Source of the DNA: Marsupella aquatica
Taxonomy: Eukaryota; Plantae; Marchantiophyta
DNA: 64,000 nt
Direction of reading: 5' to 3'
Assembly (NCBI GenBank): GCA_973895155.1
Contig: OZ316899.1
Span: forward strand, 4,095,241 to 4,159,240
Positions 1 through 12,957 of the stretch are shown one piece after another. Each line of letters starts with the position of its first letter. Positions within the stretch are counted from its first letter, which is position 1. The translations under genes were made by a program, and so were the position numbers. The notes beneath the pieces were generated by a model that saw only the letters and a list, made by a program, of their open reading frames with translations, made no database searches and was not told where the DNA came from.

Positions 1-81
1 CTGGATCTCAACCGTTGGATCCTTTTCTTTATTATCTACACGTAGAAATCGGCATCGGTCTTTATTGTTACCTTATACTCT

Positions 82-1941
82 CTATCTATCCTTATTTAGC
101 CATTTTTTAGGCTTAGTTATTACTTCGTGATCCTGGCAAGGCATCACAACCTGATACTTCTCTACTCGCCTCTTGGCTTCAGCCTGGGCATGACCTGCCT
201 TTACCGCTGCCACCAGTTCTTGACTGAAGAAGTAAGTCACCTTGCGGGCCATAAACTCCCCTAGATCCCGACCAACTTCCAAAGAGAAGTTTTTGAGCAA
301 CCCGGTCATAAACATACCTGGACTGAAGAATTTTGGGTTTACTAGACTATGCTCACAGGGGTTTAGACATGGCCCTACATCCAATTGGTTGAGGGTGGGG
401 TGGATAGGTCCACCGTAGGGGTGAGGTGGACGGGGGGTGGTGTGTCTATTGAGGAAGAGGGACCTATCAAGGCCGGTGCAGGGGATACTAGGGCTTATTT
501 GTAGTAGGGGCCTCCGGCACAAGATCAACTAAAAGGGGGTTGTCTGAAATGTTTGCCCAAGCCTGGTTTTGCACCTCCAAGGCTACAATAATCGCGGTGT
601 CTGGCAATAGAGATGAGACCTCACTAATCGGCCTTGGGCTGGGGGTAGGGGCAATGGGTGCCGGACTCCGGGCTTTGGATTGAGCCCGTCTCTCTCCATT
701 AGGAAGACCCATTTGGATTGGATGATGTCCAATTTGTTGCAACAGGAAATCGTCTGGCAATCAAAACGGGCATACCACTCCAAGATAATCTTGATGTGAC
801 TGGCCAGGTAAGCCTAAGTCCCTCCGATGAACAATGTCTTCCTACGCCATTCCATCTCCTTGTAAAGTTTCTTGACAAAGAAAGATGCCCACTTCCTTGG
901 CCGGTAATTCTCCACCTGAATTACCTTGCCCACAAATATCTCTCCCCGTGGCTCCATTATGTGGAGAGCATACTGCTGAAACTCTAGCCACTTTGCTATC
1001 TCCGTCTTGATACACGTCCGCAAGAGAAAGTCATTGTCTACCGACCCGCCAGGGACAAGTGGTACTTGGCTCCCTTGCCCCCTGGTGCTCGCAATTCCAC
1101 CCCATCCCTTCCTTTGGGTAGGCCAAAGATGAGCTTGAGTCATGCTTCGGACAAGGACATCACTTGTCCTTGGGCACAAGTTTCCTGGCAGGCCTCATCA
1201 AAGTTTTAAATTAACTCCGTCATGTCCTCCCCATAGTACCACTAGGTGTTCTAGGGAAGGGCTAAGAGGTGCTCAAACCCTTGGGTCTTCAAGTAGCACG
1301 TATGCTTTGGATGGAGGATGTTTTTATGGACATTTTCCCCCATCGGATGCATGGTGAGTTTGGTCACTGTGACGGTGGCCATAGGCAAGCTGGTTGCCAA
1401 GGTTGGCTCCTTTCTCTTCCTACCCCGGTAATGGCTCCCGGGATGAATTGCCAAGGGTGATAACTGTCCTTGCTCTCTTTCTAGTGGTGACGGTATTGCT
1501 ACTGCCATCAGTCCAAACGTCAAAGCTGCAACCATGACCGTAGTGTCTGCCGGGGTTGCCTATCAGGTTTGTGCTTGTTGGGGTTTGGGGTGGTACCCGC
1601 CGTGGGTCGTTGGGTAGCCGGTGGGTTGCGGATGAGGGGATGATCTCCTCATCTTTTGAGCTTAAGTTTACCGCATTCACCACAGACCGCACCCAAACGA
1701 GTGGTGGGGTTGGTGGTGGGGAGGAGCTTGAGGGGGCCCAAGGTGGCGTCTAAGTTTTCCCAAGGAGGTTTGATGTTGGGGCCATTGAAGGAGTAGCCAT
1801 GGGAACTATGGGTCTTGGTGCCAAGCCAAGGGCTGGTGGAGCCTGCGGATGTGCTGCTTGGTGAGTTGGGGCCGTGCCAAACCCACAGTCAACAAATGAC
1901 TGTACCTTGGTGGGTATGTCATCAAAATGGTGTTGTTGCAA
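82..1941 (-). pseudogene. Fragmented accessory ORF of family B (Gypsy-type accessory protein, no RT/IN motifs)
   Basis: ORF pieces 1750-1941, 1420-1692, 1251-1535, 814-1179, 488-783 and 82-528 match in order the pieces at 60644-62954; multiple frameshifts. Confidence 0.65.
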
Positions 1942-2377
1942 GTCTACGGTGCCAAGGATCCCAAAGACTTCTTTCGAGAGTCAAAGGAGGGCTTCTTCAA
2001 AGCCAAGGTACTTGGTTCCTTCAAAGTCCTTCAAAGAATGAATTGGAGATCTCCGCGTCTCTGCAGTGCTTGCTCTCAAATGGGAGGTTGAGCTTGTTAT
2101 TGTAATGAGGATGCCCGTTCATGCAAATAACCCATTGTAATGTCTTTTGGCTTTGTACTTGCGTGGGTTGTGTTGAGCGAGTGAGACCGCAAGATGACTA
2201 TCGATGGAGAGGAATTGATACCAGAAATGGATAGCAGAACTGGACATAATAGTGATAGATATGTGGTGGGCTATCTAAGGCTGGCTAAATTGCTAAGTGC
2301 AAAGTGGAGGAACGGGGAGTGATCAGCTCAAAGCTTGCCCAAGGAGTGAACTAGTGAGATAGAGGGAGGAGAGCTTG

Positions 2378-2387
2378 CCTTTTATAC
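2378..2387 (-). promoter_or_regulatory. TATA box of family B unit (GTATAAAAGG on minus strand)
   Basis: Identical 10-mer at the equivalent position in copy 2 (63352-63361), upstream of the minus-strand ORF. Confidence 0.5.
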
Positions 2388-2693
2388 CTCTGAGCGCACA
2401 TCAAACAAATGGCTCCCCTTGCTTGTGATTGGCTGGGCTCATCACTCCCAAAACTTATCGCTTACTCTTCCAATCCCAATCCAAGTGTCCCTCAGATTTG
2501 ATTATTGATTGGTTATACAAACCCGAGACTGACAACTATAATGTACTCCTAATCCGGCGGTAGGTTAGGTGATGCGCCATCAGCCTGGGGGTGAACATTA
2601 ATCATTACTAAGTCTAGTCTAATCATCATGACTAACTAATCTAGTGTTGTTATGCTAATAACTATGGCCTTTTATGTCTACTTCATGCGTACA

Positions 2694-2730
2694 TAATACG
2701 GTTTAAATTAGACATTTCACTAATTCTGGA
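2694..2730 (+). repeat. Left TIR of the 17-kb element
   Basis: taatacggtttaaattagacatttcactaattctgga; reverse complement of 19804-19840 with 3 transitions. Confidence 0.9.
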
Positions 2731-4171
2731 AAATTCTCCCAAAAATGGAATATTGAAAAGTGCTTTTTGGAAATTTAGAGAAGGGGTTTTGGAATTTCTA
2801 AAATGAGGTTTTGGAATATTTAGTTTAGAGTTGTGGAATTTTCAGATTAGAATTTTGGTATGAACACAAAGGGCACCTTGTCCATTGAAACTGTCAATTT
2901 TCTCGTTCATCCTATCGAGTGCTCGTTTTATATAGTGCAAATCTTTGTGGAGCTTGTCCTTATTATCGACAGATGCAAAGATGAAGGAATTTAAAATCAA
3001 ATGTGCTAGAGCCCTTTTTATATTGAACTTTTCTTCCATAATATAAATTCCTTGATTTGATGGGTCAACGGTCTAACTATCAAAGATATCGCGGATCTTT
3101 CCGCGTATGACAAGGGACTTTCTATAGAGCCCTTACTTTCTGTAAAATTCTGGATATCTTCCCCCCAAAGCCTGAAACTCCAAGGCCTGGGATACCAACC
3201 GGGGGGCAGGTTCGCTGTCAGATGTTTTTTCGTCAAACACTTTTGACCTTTCACCTTCACCCATTTTAATTTTCACGACCTAGGACGGGCTATGCCTTTC
3301 CAATTCTGATATTCTACGCTCAAGAGTGTCAACTCTCTGAGTGAGGAGCGACAGAGACCAATTCTGTGAATCACTGATCTCTCTCATCACCCCATAGATG
3401 ATTCACAATGTTAACAAAATCTCAAGAGGAAGGCCTCTGGGTCAGAAGCTTGGCCCAAAGGGGGGGACTTCCAGAGCCCAAGGATTAGACAGCCGTCAGA
3501 CAAGGAATCTGCGCTAAGCTGAGCTCTATTGGGTAACTTGATAATCGTGTCCTCCAAAGTTTTAGGAAAGAGGTGACACAAAAAAACGAGATACATCAGA
3601 GCTGAAGATACCATGCAAGTGATTGACAAAGTGCACACGATTTTGAAAAGGAAAACTTTTCATTATTCACAAAAATATTGAGGTTGGAAGAGGCATCCCT
3701 CAAACCAATGCCATCGATGCCAAAACTGAATTCAAAATCTGTTGGGAAGATGACTCCAACCAAACTACCCAAGGAAGCTGGCACCGAGATGTGGGTAAGA
3801 CAATCGCTGAGGAATAGAAGGACCTCAACGCTCTACGCGAGACCAGCGCAAAAAGAGATTTGGGTTTAGGGTTGATCTACAATCTCACAGTTGCAAGAGG
3901 CATTCCTCCAACCCTCGTCTAGGTTCCTAAGCACCTTTCAGATGAGAAAATCTCCTTTACCAGCTTAAAGTAGAAACAAAAGTGAGCCAACACAATCTAA
4001 ATTTTCCGGAGTCGAATATCTACGCGAGACTCGTGTTATCCTCAAAATGCTTCAAAAACTTAAGACTCTCCCAAATGGCTTCAAATCTTAATCGTTCCAC
4101 GAGGATGGCATCCACTCATCCGAGTTTGGAGTGGATTTGCGGCAGTCAAGGAATGCTTCCTTTGCCCAAGC

Positions 4172-4618
4172 TCAATGGTCCATCAGAGCCCCCTGCTGCT
4201 TCTTTCCCTTCCCATAGTAGACATTGACGTTTTCCTTCATGCATCTTTTGTTCACAGTCTCCCTGGGCATCTTTCCGGCTTTCTTCGCACCCGATGCCTC
4301 CTGCCCCTCCATACGCGACACGGAATTTCCTCGGCTAATCTTTGAATCGTCCATTTTTGATTCTCCAGGTGTCTTACAATCGGGAAAGCCACAGGTATCT
4401 CCATCAAGTTCTGACAAGAAAAACCTTTTACATTGAGCACACTCTCTTAAAAAAGATCCTTCTTTGTCAGAATTGCAATTACGGTCAAACCCATCCGCAG
4501 GCGTGTAAATCTTGGATGACCTCCTTGGGGCGTTCCCCTCCTTTGAGCTATGAGGCGGGGACACCTCTGTTGAGTTGTTGGTCACGCCAAGGTCCTTGGA
4601 CGTCACTAGTGGATTCAT
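4172..4618 (-). CDS. Hypothetical 148-aa cargo protein with Cys cluster (CAQC..CGFPDC), possible Zn ribbon
   Basis: Open ORF downstream of the transposase with a CxxC-x13-CxxxxC arrangement; no family recognised. Confidence 0.35.
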   Translation of the reverse strand: MNPLVTSKDLGVTNNSTEVSPPHSSKEGNAPRRSSKIYTPADGFDRNCNSDKEGSFLRECAQCKRFFLSELDGDTCGFPDCKTPGESKMDDSKISRGNSVSRMEGQEASGAKKAGKMPRETVNKRCMKENVNVYYGKGKKQQGALMDH

Positions 4619-4869
4619 CGAGAGAACTCAAGAGATCCTCTCAAAATCAGATTAAGAAATATGAAAACTAACACAAATCAAATGACGACAGAAACTAACA
4701 TCAACAATAGATTGAAAGTGAATCAGAAACCACAGAATGGGAAAAGAGAGTGAGAAGTTCCCTATTTGGACAAGACCAAGAAACGGCCATGTCGCTTTCA
4801 GTAGACCCTAGCCTAGATACCAGAGCAAGGCCGCTCTACACGACCCTCGTGCAGATCCAAATGGTCTAC

Positions 4870-7800
4870 CTAAACCTTCCTTGGTAAGGCAAAAGGAGGA
4901 GGCCCTACGCGAGCCTCGTGCAGAAACAAACACTCCGTTAAGAAGTTCTCGGAAATGTATGCATTCACGCTTTCAAGAATATGAACTGGAACTTTCACTT
5001 TACCCTTTGCCTTTGAATTCCAGCCATTGATTGTAGACATTGCGAGGAGCCAGTCGTGTCGGATTGTAGGACTTTGGTAATTTGGATCAACTTCCCAGGA
5101 CTGTTTAGAATTGAAGCAATCCCGATATCGTTCAGAGTCTGGGACATACGACTTTTGATGGATAGGTCTCCACCATTCCACCTCAAACTCCCCAGCATGA
5201 GCATCATCCGGAACCCGCACAACGCGATCCATGGCTCTTCCTAGCCAGAATCGAAGGGGAGTTGTTTGTTCGAATTCATCTATTGGACGAAGAATAACAA
5301 ACGTATCCTTTTTAATATCCTCAAGTGGGGAGAATCTTGATCTTTCTCGCTCCGAGCGATGGCCAACAAATATTGTCTGTCTCTCATTTTTGATCTTCCT
5401 GAAGTTCACGCTCAAGGCTGCTCATGACATCATTGACAGAGCCAATGTTATTCTCAGAAATCCCAACCTCAGCTCGATATCTGGTTCCATGGTTAGTTCT
5501 TGGCCAAAACCCATCGAGTAGCAGATAGTCCCTCTCCAGATTAGGCGCAGAGCATAGGGAACCTTTGAAGACCCTGATGACATTTTCCCAATACTCAATT
5601 TCCGGGGATCAAAAATGATATCCCTCTGATGTGACATCTTTCCAGGCGGCTCTTAGCCATGAAACGTAATGAACGAGGTATTCGAGAATATCACTCGCTC
5701 GCTTATGAGTCGACTCCATTTGTTTTGAAAGAGGATTTCCGGAGGGAAACACAGAGTCCTTTCCAGTAGTTTTCCAAGTGGAGTGACCTTTTGCAGGTAG
5801 CCATGGCAAATCAATTTTCTCCCGATATTGATAAACAGGTGTATTTTCTTTCATTGAAAACAAGAACTGCACAGGGGCTGACTGACCTTGGATCTTCTTC
5901 ACATAAGAAGAAACATAAGCTTTGTATCCGGTAACCTCCCGGATGAATCTTGGGACTGGATGCTTCTTCTCACACTCCCAAACTTCAGCCATCAAACTAA
6001 AGAAAGTGTTAACTCACGATTATAAATCCGAATTCCTACTCGTGAAAAGAATGCGTCAACGTCCTCATGAGTATGACCAACCATCAGGAAGGAGAGGGTA
6101 ACGGACTCAAACACTCCTCAAAGAACAAGCTCACTACAATATGCGATCACGGTTTGATTCTTATTGTCCTTCCCTGAATTGTCAAGTTGGAGGTGCAAAT
6201 GGCGTGGAAGTGGTCGAAAAGAATCGGAGGACGAGGGTTCCACGCGAGGCTCACGCGGAGCTTCATTTTCAAGTCCTTTAAAATGGTCGAAATCCACATT
6301 CTTCCTTTCTAGATAGCCAATCTCAAAAGCCCGACGATCTAAAAGCGCAACAAAAATAGGATTAGACACGTCTGTGCTCCACAGCGATAAGTCTCCAGTC
6401 TTATCCCCAGAGAATGACTCAAGATCCCTGAACAACTTTGAAAGAGATGAGACTGTGAAATCAGGATCACTCGCCCACAATCCACCAAGTGCAAAATGGG
6501 CATAGATTCTGGGATCCCGTCCATGCGTGAGCATTCCAGTCAACGTCATCGGTAACGAAATTGATTACCCGCTTGACTTTTAAGAGTTGAAGTCATTTTT
6601 GGTATCCCTGTTTTGGCTTGATCCATTTTGTCATGAATCACCGAGAGATACTTCTCTGGCTCTTGATCTGCTGCCAGTTTGGCTGCATAATACATGCTTT
6701 GCCAGGACTGTTGTTCCAGCATGTGACGTTCTCTTTTGGCCTTGATTTCAAGAACAACATCTTGTCTCTTCTTGCCTCGAAGAGTCTCTTTGATTGTAGT
6801 ACAAAGATCGCATTTTGAAAAATTGCTTCGATCAGGAAACTGAAAATTGGGAAACTTTTTCTCGAATATCTTGTAGAAAGTAGCGATGACAGGAGAAGAA
6901 GCTCCAAGATTCTTGTTAAGCTCGCAAACCTCTTCATAAACATCTTTCCTCTCGTAGCTTATGGGAACCCTATACACGACCTCCTGCTTTCCAGACTCTC
7001 CAATTTTATGGAGATGAGGCATAGGCTTTGCACATTTCTGGAATACACTTCGTATAGACTCCACAAACAGCGTGACGTAGTCTTTGGTTTTCATTGATCC
7101 TTGGTTGCCATCAACGCCAACTTTTGCCCCATTCCGATAGTGACTATAGATTGAATAGAAGGTTCCTCTGGAGAAACCATGGATGGTCCAAAACCCTTCT
7201 TTACAGACATGTGTCCCACAAAAAATAATCATCCCGGCCTCTATAGTTTCCGTATCCCTCCCGTGTAGATGGTTCAAAACGTACGTCTGTTGATCGGCGT
7301 GAGAGAGACCATAAAATTCATCCCTAATCTGATTGACCACTTCCCACTATTGTCTCCTACAACAATTCTTTGTGCAGCACTCAACCTAGAAGACAACATC
7401 AACAGATTCTCGAGTCTTCTTTCTGTTATGCCTTCTATGAATCTTCTTCCTTTCCTTCTCCTCAGGAGCCTGCGGGTTGCGACATTGATTATTATAGCCT
7501 CGCTTTGGTTTAACATATGATACAATTGCTCGCTCAGGATTCAGGAATTCGTTCTGATCCAATAGATCGCTTAGCAATTGCATTCCAGGCTCGATCTGAG
7601 TTCTCCGCAAAGGCCATTTGATTGTGCAAGGCATTCCCTCAACAAAATAAGGGAACGTCATCTTTGAGATGTTGTTGTCGGCGGCCAGCACTTGTGAATA
7701 TATTGATCCCGACATGATCATCTCCAACTCTCTCATTGTTAATCGATGCTTGAGGGTGCGGATTCGTGATACACCCTCGAGCCAGTAGTGTCTCATCATC

Positions 7801-8289
7801 GTCTCCATAAAGCAAAGCAAACTTCTTGAACCACCTACTTTGATAGCTCAGGTCCTCGCTCAAGAGAACATTGTCCTGACTATGGACAGTGTCTCCCGTG
7901 GCATCTTGCTCCCCAAAACCTGCTTCCCGTTCTAGAGGAAGCTCCTCTTGGTTGTCACCTGGATAAATCGGGCGATGGCTTTCCGCAAACCTGACGCTGG
8001 ACCGATCCCACAGAATTACTGAATTTAAGCTTTCACCGACCAGGTCCGCCCCTGCGTTTGGATAAGGTAACTCAGCAAGGTGGAAGAATGCATCCTCAAT
8101 AGAAACACTGATTCTATGCTCGCCAATCAGAATGTTGTGACAAGAGTCCGAGGGAGTAATGCTGAAAACCGTCCCACCCGCAACCGGTTCATCGTTCAAT
8201 AAGAGATTAACTCGATCCCCAAGGGAAAACATATTCTTGACCGATTCGAGGTTAACAGTAACTTTGACACGACTCTCATGTGGACACAA
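4870..8289 (-). pseudogene. Sola-like (DUF7869-type) RNase H-fold DDD/E transposase with N-terminal En/Spm TnpA-like modules
   Basis: Motifs VCKEGFWTIHGFS, FSKCDLC, IHDKMDQAK (D1), LQLDNSGKDNKN (D2) and FLMVGHTHEDVD (read manually at 6055-6090). In-frame TGA at 6118-6120 and frameshifts near 6546, 6000 and 5420. Superfamily label from motif resemblance. Confidence 0.8.
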
Positions 8290-8590
8290 GACGAGAATTA
8301 TTCACCGGCAGGAAAAGACCTGGTTAACCAGAATAAAACATGCACGTTAGTATCCATCAACACGAGGCTCGTGTAGAATTATTAATGCATACAGCTAGTG
8401 GAAGGAAACACAAGGAGGTTCGATGGCTAGGCGAGCCTCGTGTAGAGCATCAGCTTAGGTCTAAACATCTCCCAAAAGTAACCGAATAACACAATCATAT
8501 GCATTTATGACAAAAAGTCCCACAAGAAGTAAGGAAAGGACCCACTATTATTCGATGCTTCACTCTAAGAGAGAAGGAAAGTCCAACAAG

Positions 8591-8669
8591 GTACAAATTC
8601 CAACAGGGTAAAAGGTCCACCAGTGTACAAATTCCATTAGGGTACAAATTCCAACAGGGTACAAATCCC
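8591..8669 (+). repeat. Four copies of gtacaaat(t/c)cc upstream of the transposase
   Basis: Copies at 8591, 8625, 8642 and 8659. Confidence 0.8.
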
Positions 8670-8951
8670 CAATCCATGTAATATCACATTAAAGAACCAC
8701 CCAACTGATAAATTGTGTTACAATTGAAGTCCAATTCATCAAGACCAAGACATAACCCATGTCAGGACCCTCAATCGTCCTCAATTAAGAAGAAATGAAG
8801 TCTAATTCTAAAATTAGGGCAGTTATGGAAGAAATGAGGTCTAATTCCTCTTTGAAATCCTAAATATCCTATTACAGTACCCCTATTTAGTAGAACTTTT
8901 GAAAGAAATGAGGTACAAATAATTGTCCTAAAAAAACATTCTCCAAGAGTG

Positions 8952-9011
8952 ACAGGAATGAGACAGTCATAGGAATGAGACAATCACAGGAATGAGACAG
9001 TCACAGGAATG
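8952..9011 (+). repeat. 17-bp tandem repeat x3.5 (acaggaatgagacagtc)
   Basis: Read directly; lies in the divergent intergenic region. Confidence 0.85.
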
Positions 9012-9618
9012 GAATCCCAGAAGGGATGTACCGATTGGGCACCCAGAAGCAGTCCTTGGACTCAAACCCATGCCAAGACCTGTCCTCAGAACCACCCGTG
9101 CCAGAACTTGTCCTCAGAACCATTCACGTCTGGCGAGAGAATGACTAGAGAATCAGGACGACTAATCGATAAATACCATTCCCAGATAGAAATCCCGAAT
9201 ATAATGGACAAAAATGATAGGGTGGCCGCTCTCCTAGATCGTCGTGTGGTCCGATTTTCCGATATTTTGGTGGCGCAATTAATCATGTCAGATAATGACA
9301 ACAGATATAATGACAAAAGAATAAGCACATATGCTCGAATGTGACAGGCTGATAGCTCTGCATGATTGTCGTCTGGTAAGATTCATCAATATTTTTGGCA
9401 GTGCTCTTAATGATGTCTTCACGCTTCACGCTGGCCCATTTTCACGCTGGCCCATTCCTCGTGTCAGGTATATATTTCAAGGAGATTCGCTCATTCACTC
9501 ATTCCTTCATCCTTGCCCTCTCGCTCATTCTCCGCCCTTTCACTCATTCGTCTCTCCCTCTGAGTTCTGCTCAATTCCGTCCATATTTTGCAAATTCTCA
9601 CACGTGCGAAGAGGTTTC

Positions 9619-10450
9619 ATGGCGAATCTATCCGAATCGGAGGTCCAGGAGATGTCGGTCGCAGCTTTCACCAGAGTTGAAGGTATTTCCACACGACAAT
9701 CGTGTAGATCTTTAGTTTTTCTTTTCGTTGTTTGTTTTTATTTCAAATTTCAGCGGTTCCTTCCACACGAGTCTCATGTAGACATTATCCTATTAAATTT
9801 ATTTGTGTTCTGCGATACCTAGTACTAAGTTTTCTACACGAGACTCGTGTAGATGAGCTCCAATAATATGCCGTGAATGCACAGATCATGCTTGAAGGTA
9901 ACCCCCAGTCTTTTTCTCCGAATCAGTTTTAGACGTTTTTTATCTCTAGCTTAACGCGACTCTCGTGTAGATCCCGGACGATCCTCATCCCATCAGTTCT
10001 TCCGTATGAAAATGCGTTGGAGTAAATATCATTTCCATTTGCTTTCACGTGACTCTTGTGTAGAGCATGTTACTCACCTGAGGCTCATTTGTTACCTTGA
10101 AGGCCAAATCGACAATGCCTTGAAATATTTGAAGTCGATCAAAGATAAACATGAGAAGGAGTCCCAAATGACTGAGGATGTCCTCGAGGAACTTGAGACC
10201 CTACGAGAAATTGTGAAGGAGAAAGATGAAGAGATTTGTTCGATTAGAAAGGATTATGCTGGAAGATATTTTCGAGCTCGCGGAACCATCTTCAGACATG
10301 TCAGGAGTTGTGCCTAGTGATGAAGGAGGCCGCCAAGCTTGATGAGCTCCGTGAGAGTCAGATACAGATGCTCACAAAGAAGCTGATTATCATGACGGCC
10401 CAGGAGGAAGGACACCTCCAGACTATCAAAAGGCTGAAGAAGGAAGCAGC
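9619..10450 (+). pseudogene. Probable spliced small coiled-coil cargo gene
   Basis: ATG at 9619 (MANLSESEVQEMS..), donor-like gaag|gtattt at 9683 and gaag|gtaacc at 9898, and a Glu/Lys-rich heptad ORF at 10080-10317. Exon structure uncertain. Confidence 0.4.
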
Positions 10451-12239
10451 CTAGAAGACATTTCCCTAGAACTCATCTGTCAAGACTTAGTACTAGACGA
10501 GTTGTTTAGTTGGAGATCGAGGCACCCAGATGAATATGTGCCCCAACTTTAGAAGATGGTAGTCGAGCGGGAAAAGTCCATTTTGGTCGAATGAGTTGTT
10601 TTCTGGATGGATTGTCCATTTTTGTGAATAATAAAATCTCGGCATTTGTTTTGACATCTTGGACTCTGTTCTAAATCTTCCGTATTGGTTCTTTCCTAGG
10701 ATTCCCGTATGTTTGTTTCAGCCACCCGTGCCTACCGCAGCCGCTAAGTCGAAGCATTGTTAGCCACCAAAATCCAATCGTCAATTCATGGTCTTTTGAA
10801 ATGCGTCTGGAGGGTGACGCTTGGAGGTGTTGGTTGCGGGGGATCATTATTGCCAAGCCCAAGAGGTTTTGGAAGTACTTGGGTGTGCTTGCCGATTGTA
10901 GGATTTCAAAAGCACCAGAGCACCAGAAGGGGAAGGTCTTTCTGATAGTGACAGTGGAGGACCGCGTTAATTCTGGATATAGAGAGTTCTCTCTTCCCGT
11001 TGAACAATATTGTTGCGCACATTGTCTTGAGCCAAATGATGCGACAATGAACATAACGTCCTTTAGGATTTTTTGATCCATCCACTCATCGTTTCATGGA
11101 TCCAGATAATATTCTCACTGCTGAGGATATTGTTTCAGGGCTGGGAAGGGTTAGTTTTTTGTTCTTCAAAGATTATTAATCTCACCTTTCTGCAACCAGG
11201 CATGTTGTTTGTCATGTCTCTATCTTTACCGGAAGATGAACTTCGGCAGGAGATCAAGATCATTCTGGAAATTGCTTTCCCAGATCCAGTTGACGAGGAA
11301 AGGATTAAATGTTAGGTTGCGATCCATCCTGTAGTGAAGGCCTTCAATTTGAATCAGAAAAGGCACGGACGTCATGGTGGTGGCCCAAATCTCAAAGCAA
11401 GCAAAGTTGTACAGGAACCTGGATCGTCGTCGAGTTCAGATTCAGGATCATCAAGTTCACAGGGTACATCAGATGAACCGAGCATTGTTCCCAGTGACTC
11501 TTTGAGTCCTGAGTTGGTTGGAACAGAGGAGATCTTTGAAGATGAGATCCAAGCCGTGGATGAAGAACTCGCGGAAGTGGGAGGCTCAGAGGAAAAGGAC
11601 TCTGAGACTGAGATGGAGGTGCAGAAGAAAAAGAAAAGAAAGCGAATGGAAGAAGACGCTCCTTCCAAGAAGAAGAGATTGTCTTCAAAGATTGCTCTTC
11701 CAGAGAAGGTTGGGAAAGCTAATGTCCCTCAGGCAAAAATCTGCACTAGCTCTACTGAGGTGAAAGGGCCACAGATCGCAAAGTCCAAACAACCACAGAA
11801 GAAGATTAAAGTGGCCGAAATGCCAGAACAGAAGAAGGCTGTCAGGAAGAAGACTCAAAAGAAGCAGGCAGTTGTGGAAGAGATAGCAAAACCCGTATCA
11901 AAAGGTGTCGTTAAGAAGGATTTGTCTCGTAAGGCTTCCACTGCAACACCTTCTGCTGTCGTGAAACAGAAGGTGCCCTCAAAATCTCAAAAGGTCAATA
12001 CTCAAGTGCAAGACGTATCCACAGACCATGGGGGGACAAGATCAGAGAAGTCCAAGCGTGGAAGGGGCCGCAAAAGAGAGACTGAGGGAATGGAAGAGGC
12101 ACCGGAAACTGGTGTCCCAATCCCAAAGAAACAACGTAAGAAAGTGGAGATGATTGAGATGGATGTCGTGGATGACATGGGAGAGATGAATGCTGACTCG
12201 AGTTCTAAAGTAATCGTTGATCGAGCCAGACTTGAGAGG

Positions 12240-12720
12240 GCAGAAAAGACTTTGCAGCAAAACCGATGCTGGTATTCTTTTGGGCTGTCAAAATTTTTCC
12301 TCGTTCCTTTGATGAATATCTATCCTCCGCCGGCAAAAATGAATGAGCGGTTACTCAATGAAGACCATGTCAACCATCTTGTTCAGTTGATGATTTCAAA
12401 TGCCGATCAGGAACCTTTGCCTGCAGATCTGGTGCCTTACAAGATGATTAATGGTGTTTACAGTCTTATCAATCTTTCCGTCAAAGATTTTGATTCTAAA
12501 CAATTATCCGAGTATCAATATTTTGCAATAAGTGGTCAACACTCGATTATGGCCGCAAGGAAAATCATTCGGAGTTCTCGAACACAGCCATCTCTGGTTG
12601 AAACTGCCAACCTCCTCAAATTCCATCGTGCAAGAATTCTCAAGGGGTCGACACCTGTTAAGGTGTTGGTTGAGATTTCACATGCAAACAACTTGCAAGC
12701 TGAAGCACGTCGTTTCTCGT
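12240..12720 (+). other. ParB/Srx-like domain (element 1)
   Basis: NERLLNEDHVNHLVQLM...YFAISGQHSIMAARK resembles the ParB/DGQHR core (SGQH at 12531-12542); the Arg of GxxR is Ser. Confidence 0.6.
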
Positions 12721-12821
12721 CACCATTCATCGACCAGGTCAGGCATGCAAGAATGCAAAATTCGGAAATGAATCGACCAGTGCGGCCAGTGCCGTCAGGG
12801 CAAAAATCCCAGGAATTCCAG

Positions 12822-12957
12822 GTCCGTTCTTGTTGACACCATAATTTCTTTTGTGGTCCACACGAGCCTCGTGTAGAATCCGAGGCTTGGCCCTAAGATA
12901 CCTTCTCCAAAGGTTTGGTTTACTGTGTTGTTCTTACCATTTGTTGTTGGGTTTCAG
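12822..12957 (+). other. GT-AG intron (136 bp, phase 0) containing one palindrome copy
   Basis: cag|GTccgt ... tttcAG|aat; splicing fuses ORF 11334 in frame with ORF 12925. Confidence 0.8.

Larger units (their letters stand above)
1..2693 (-). mobile_element. Family B LTR-like retroelement unit, copy 1 (runs off the left edge; interrupted at 2693 by the 17-kb TIR element)
   Basis: Colinear with 60157-63716 (e.g. ttatgctaataactatggcct at ~2650 and ~63625; homologous minus-strand peptides MEWRR..GG, ENYRPRKWASFFVKK, MGENVHKNILHPKH). The missing terminus is found at 19841-19870. Confidence 0.8.
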
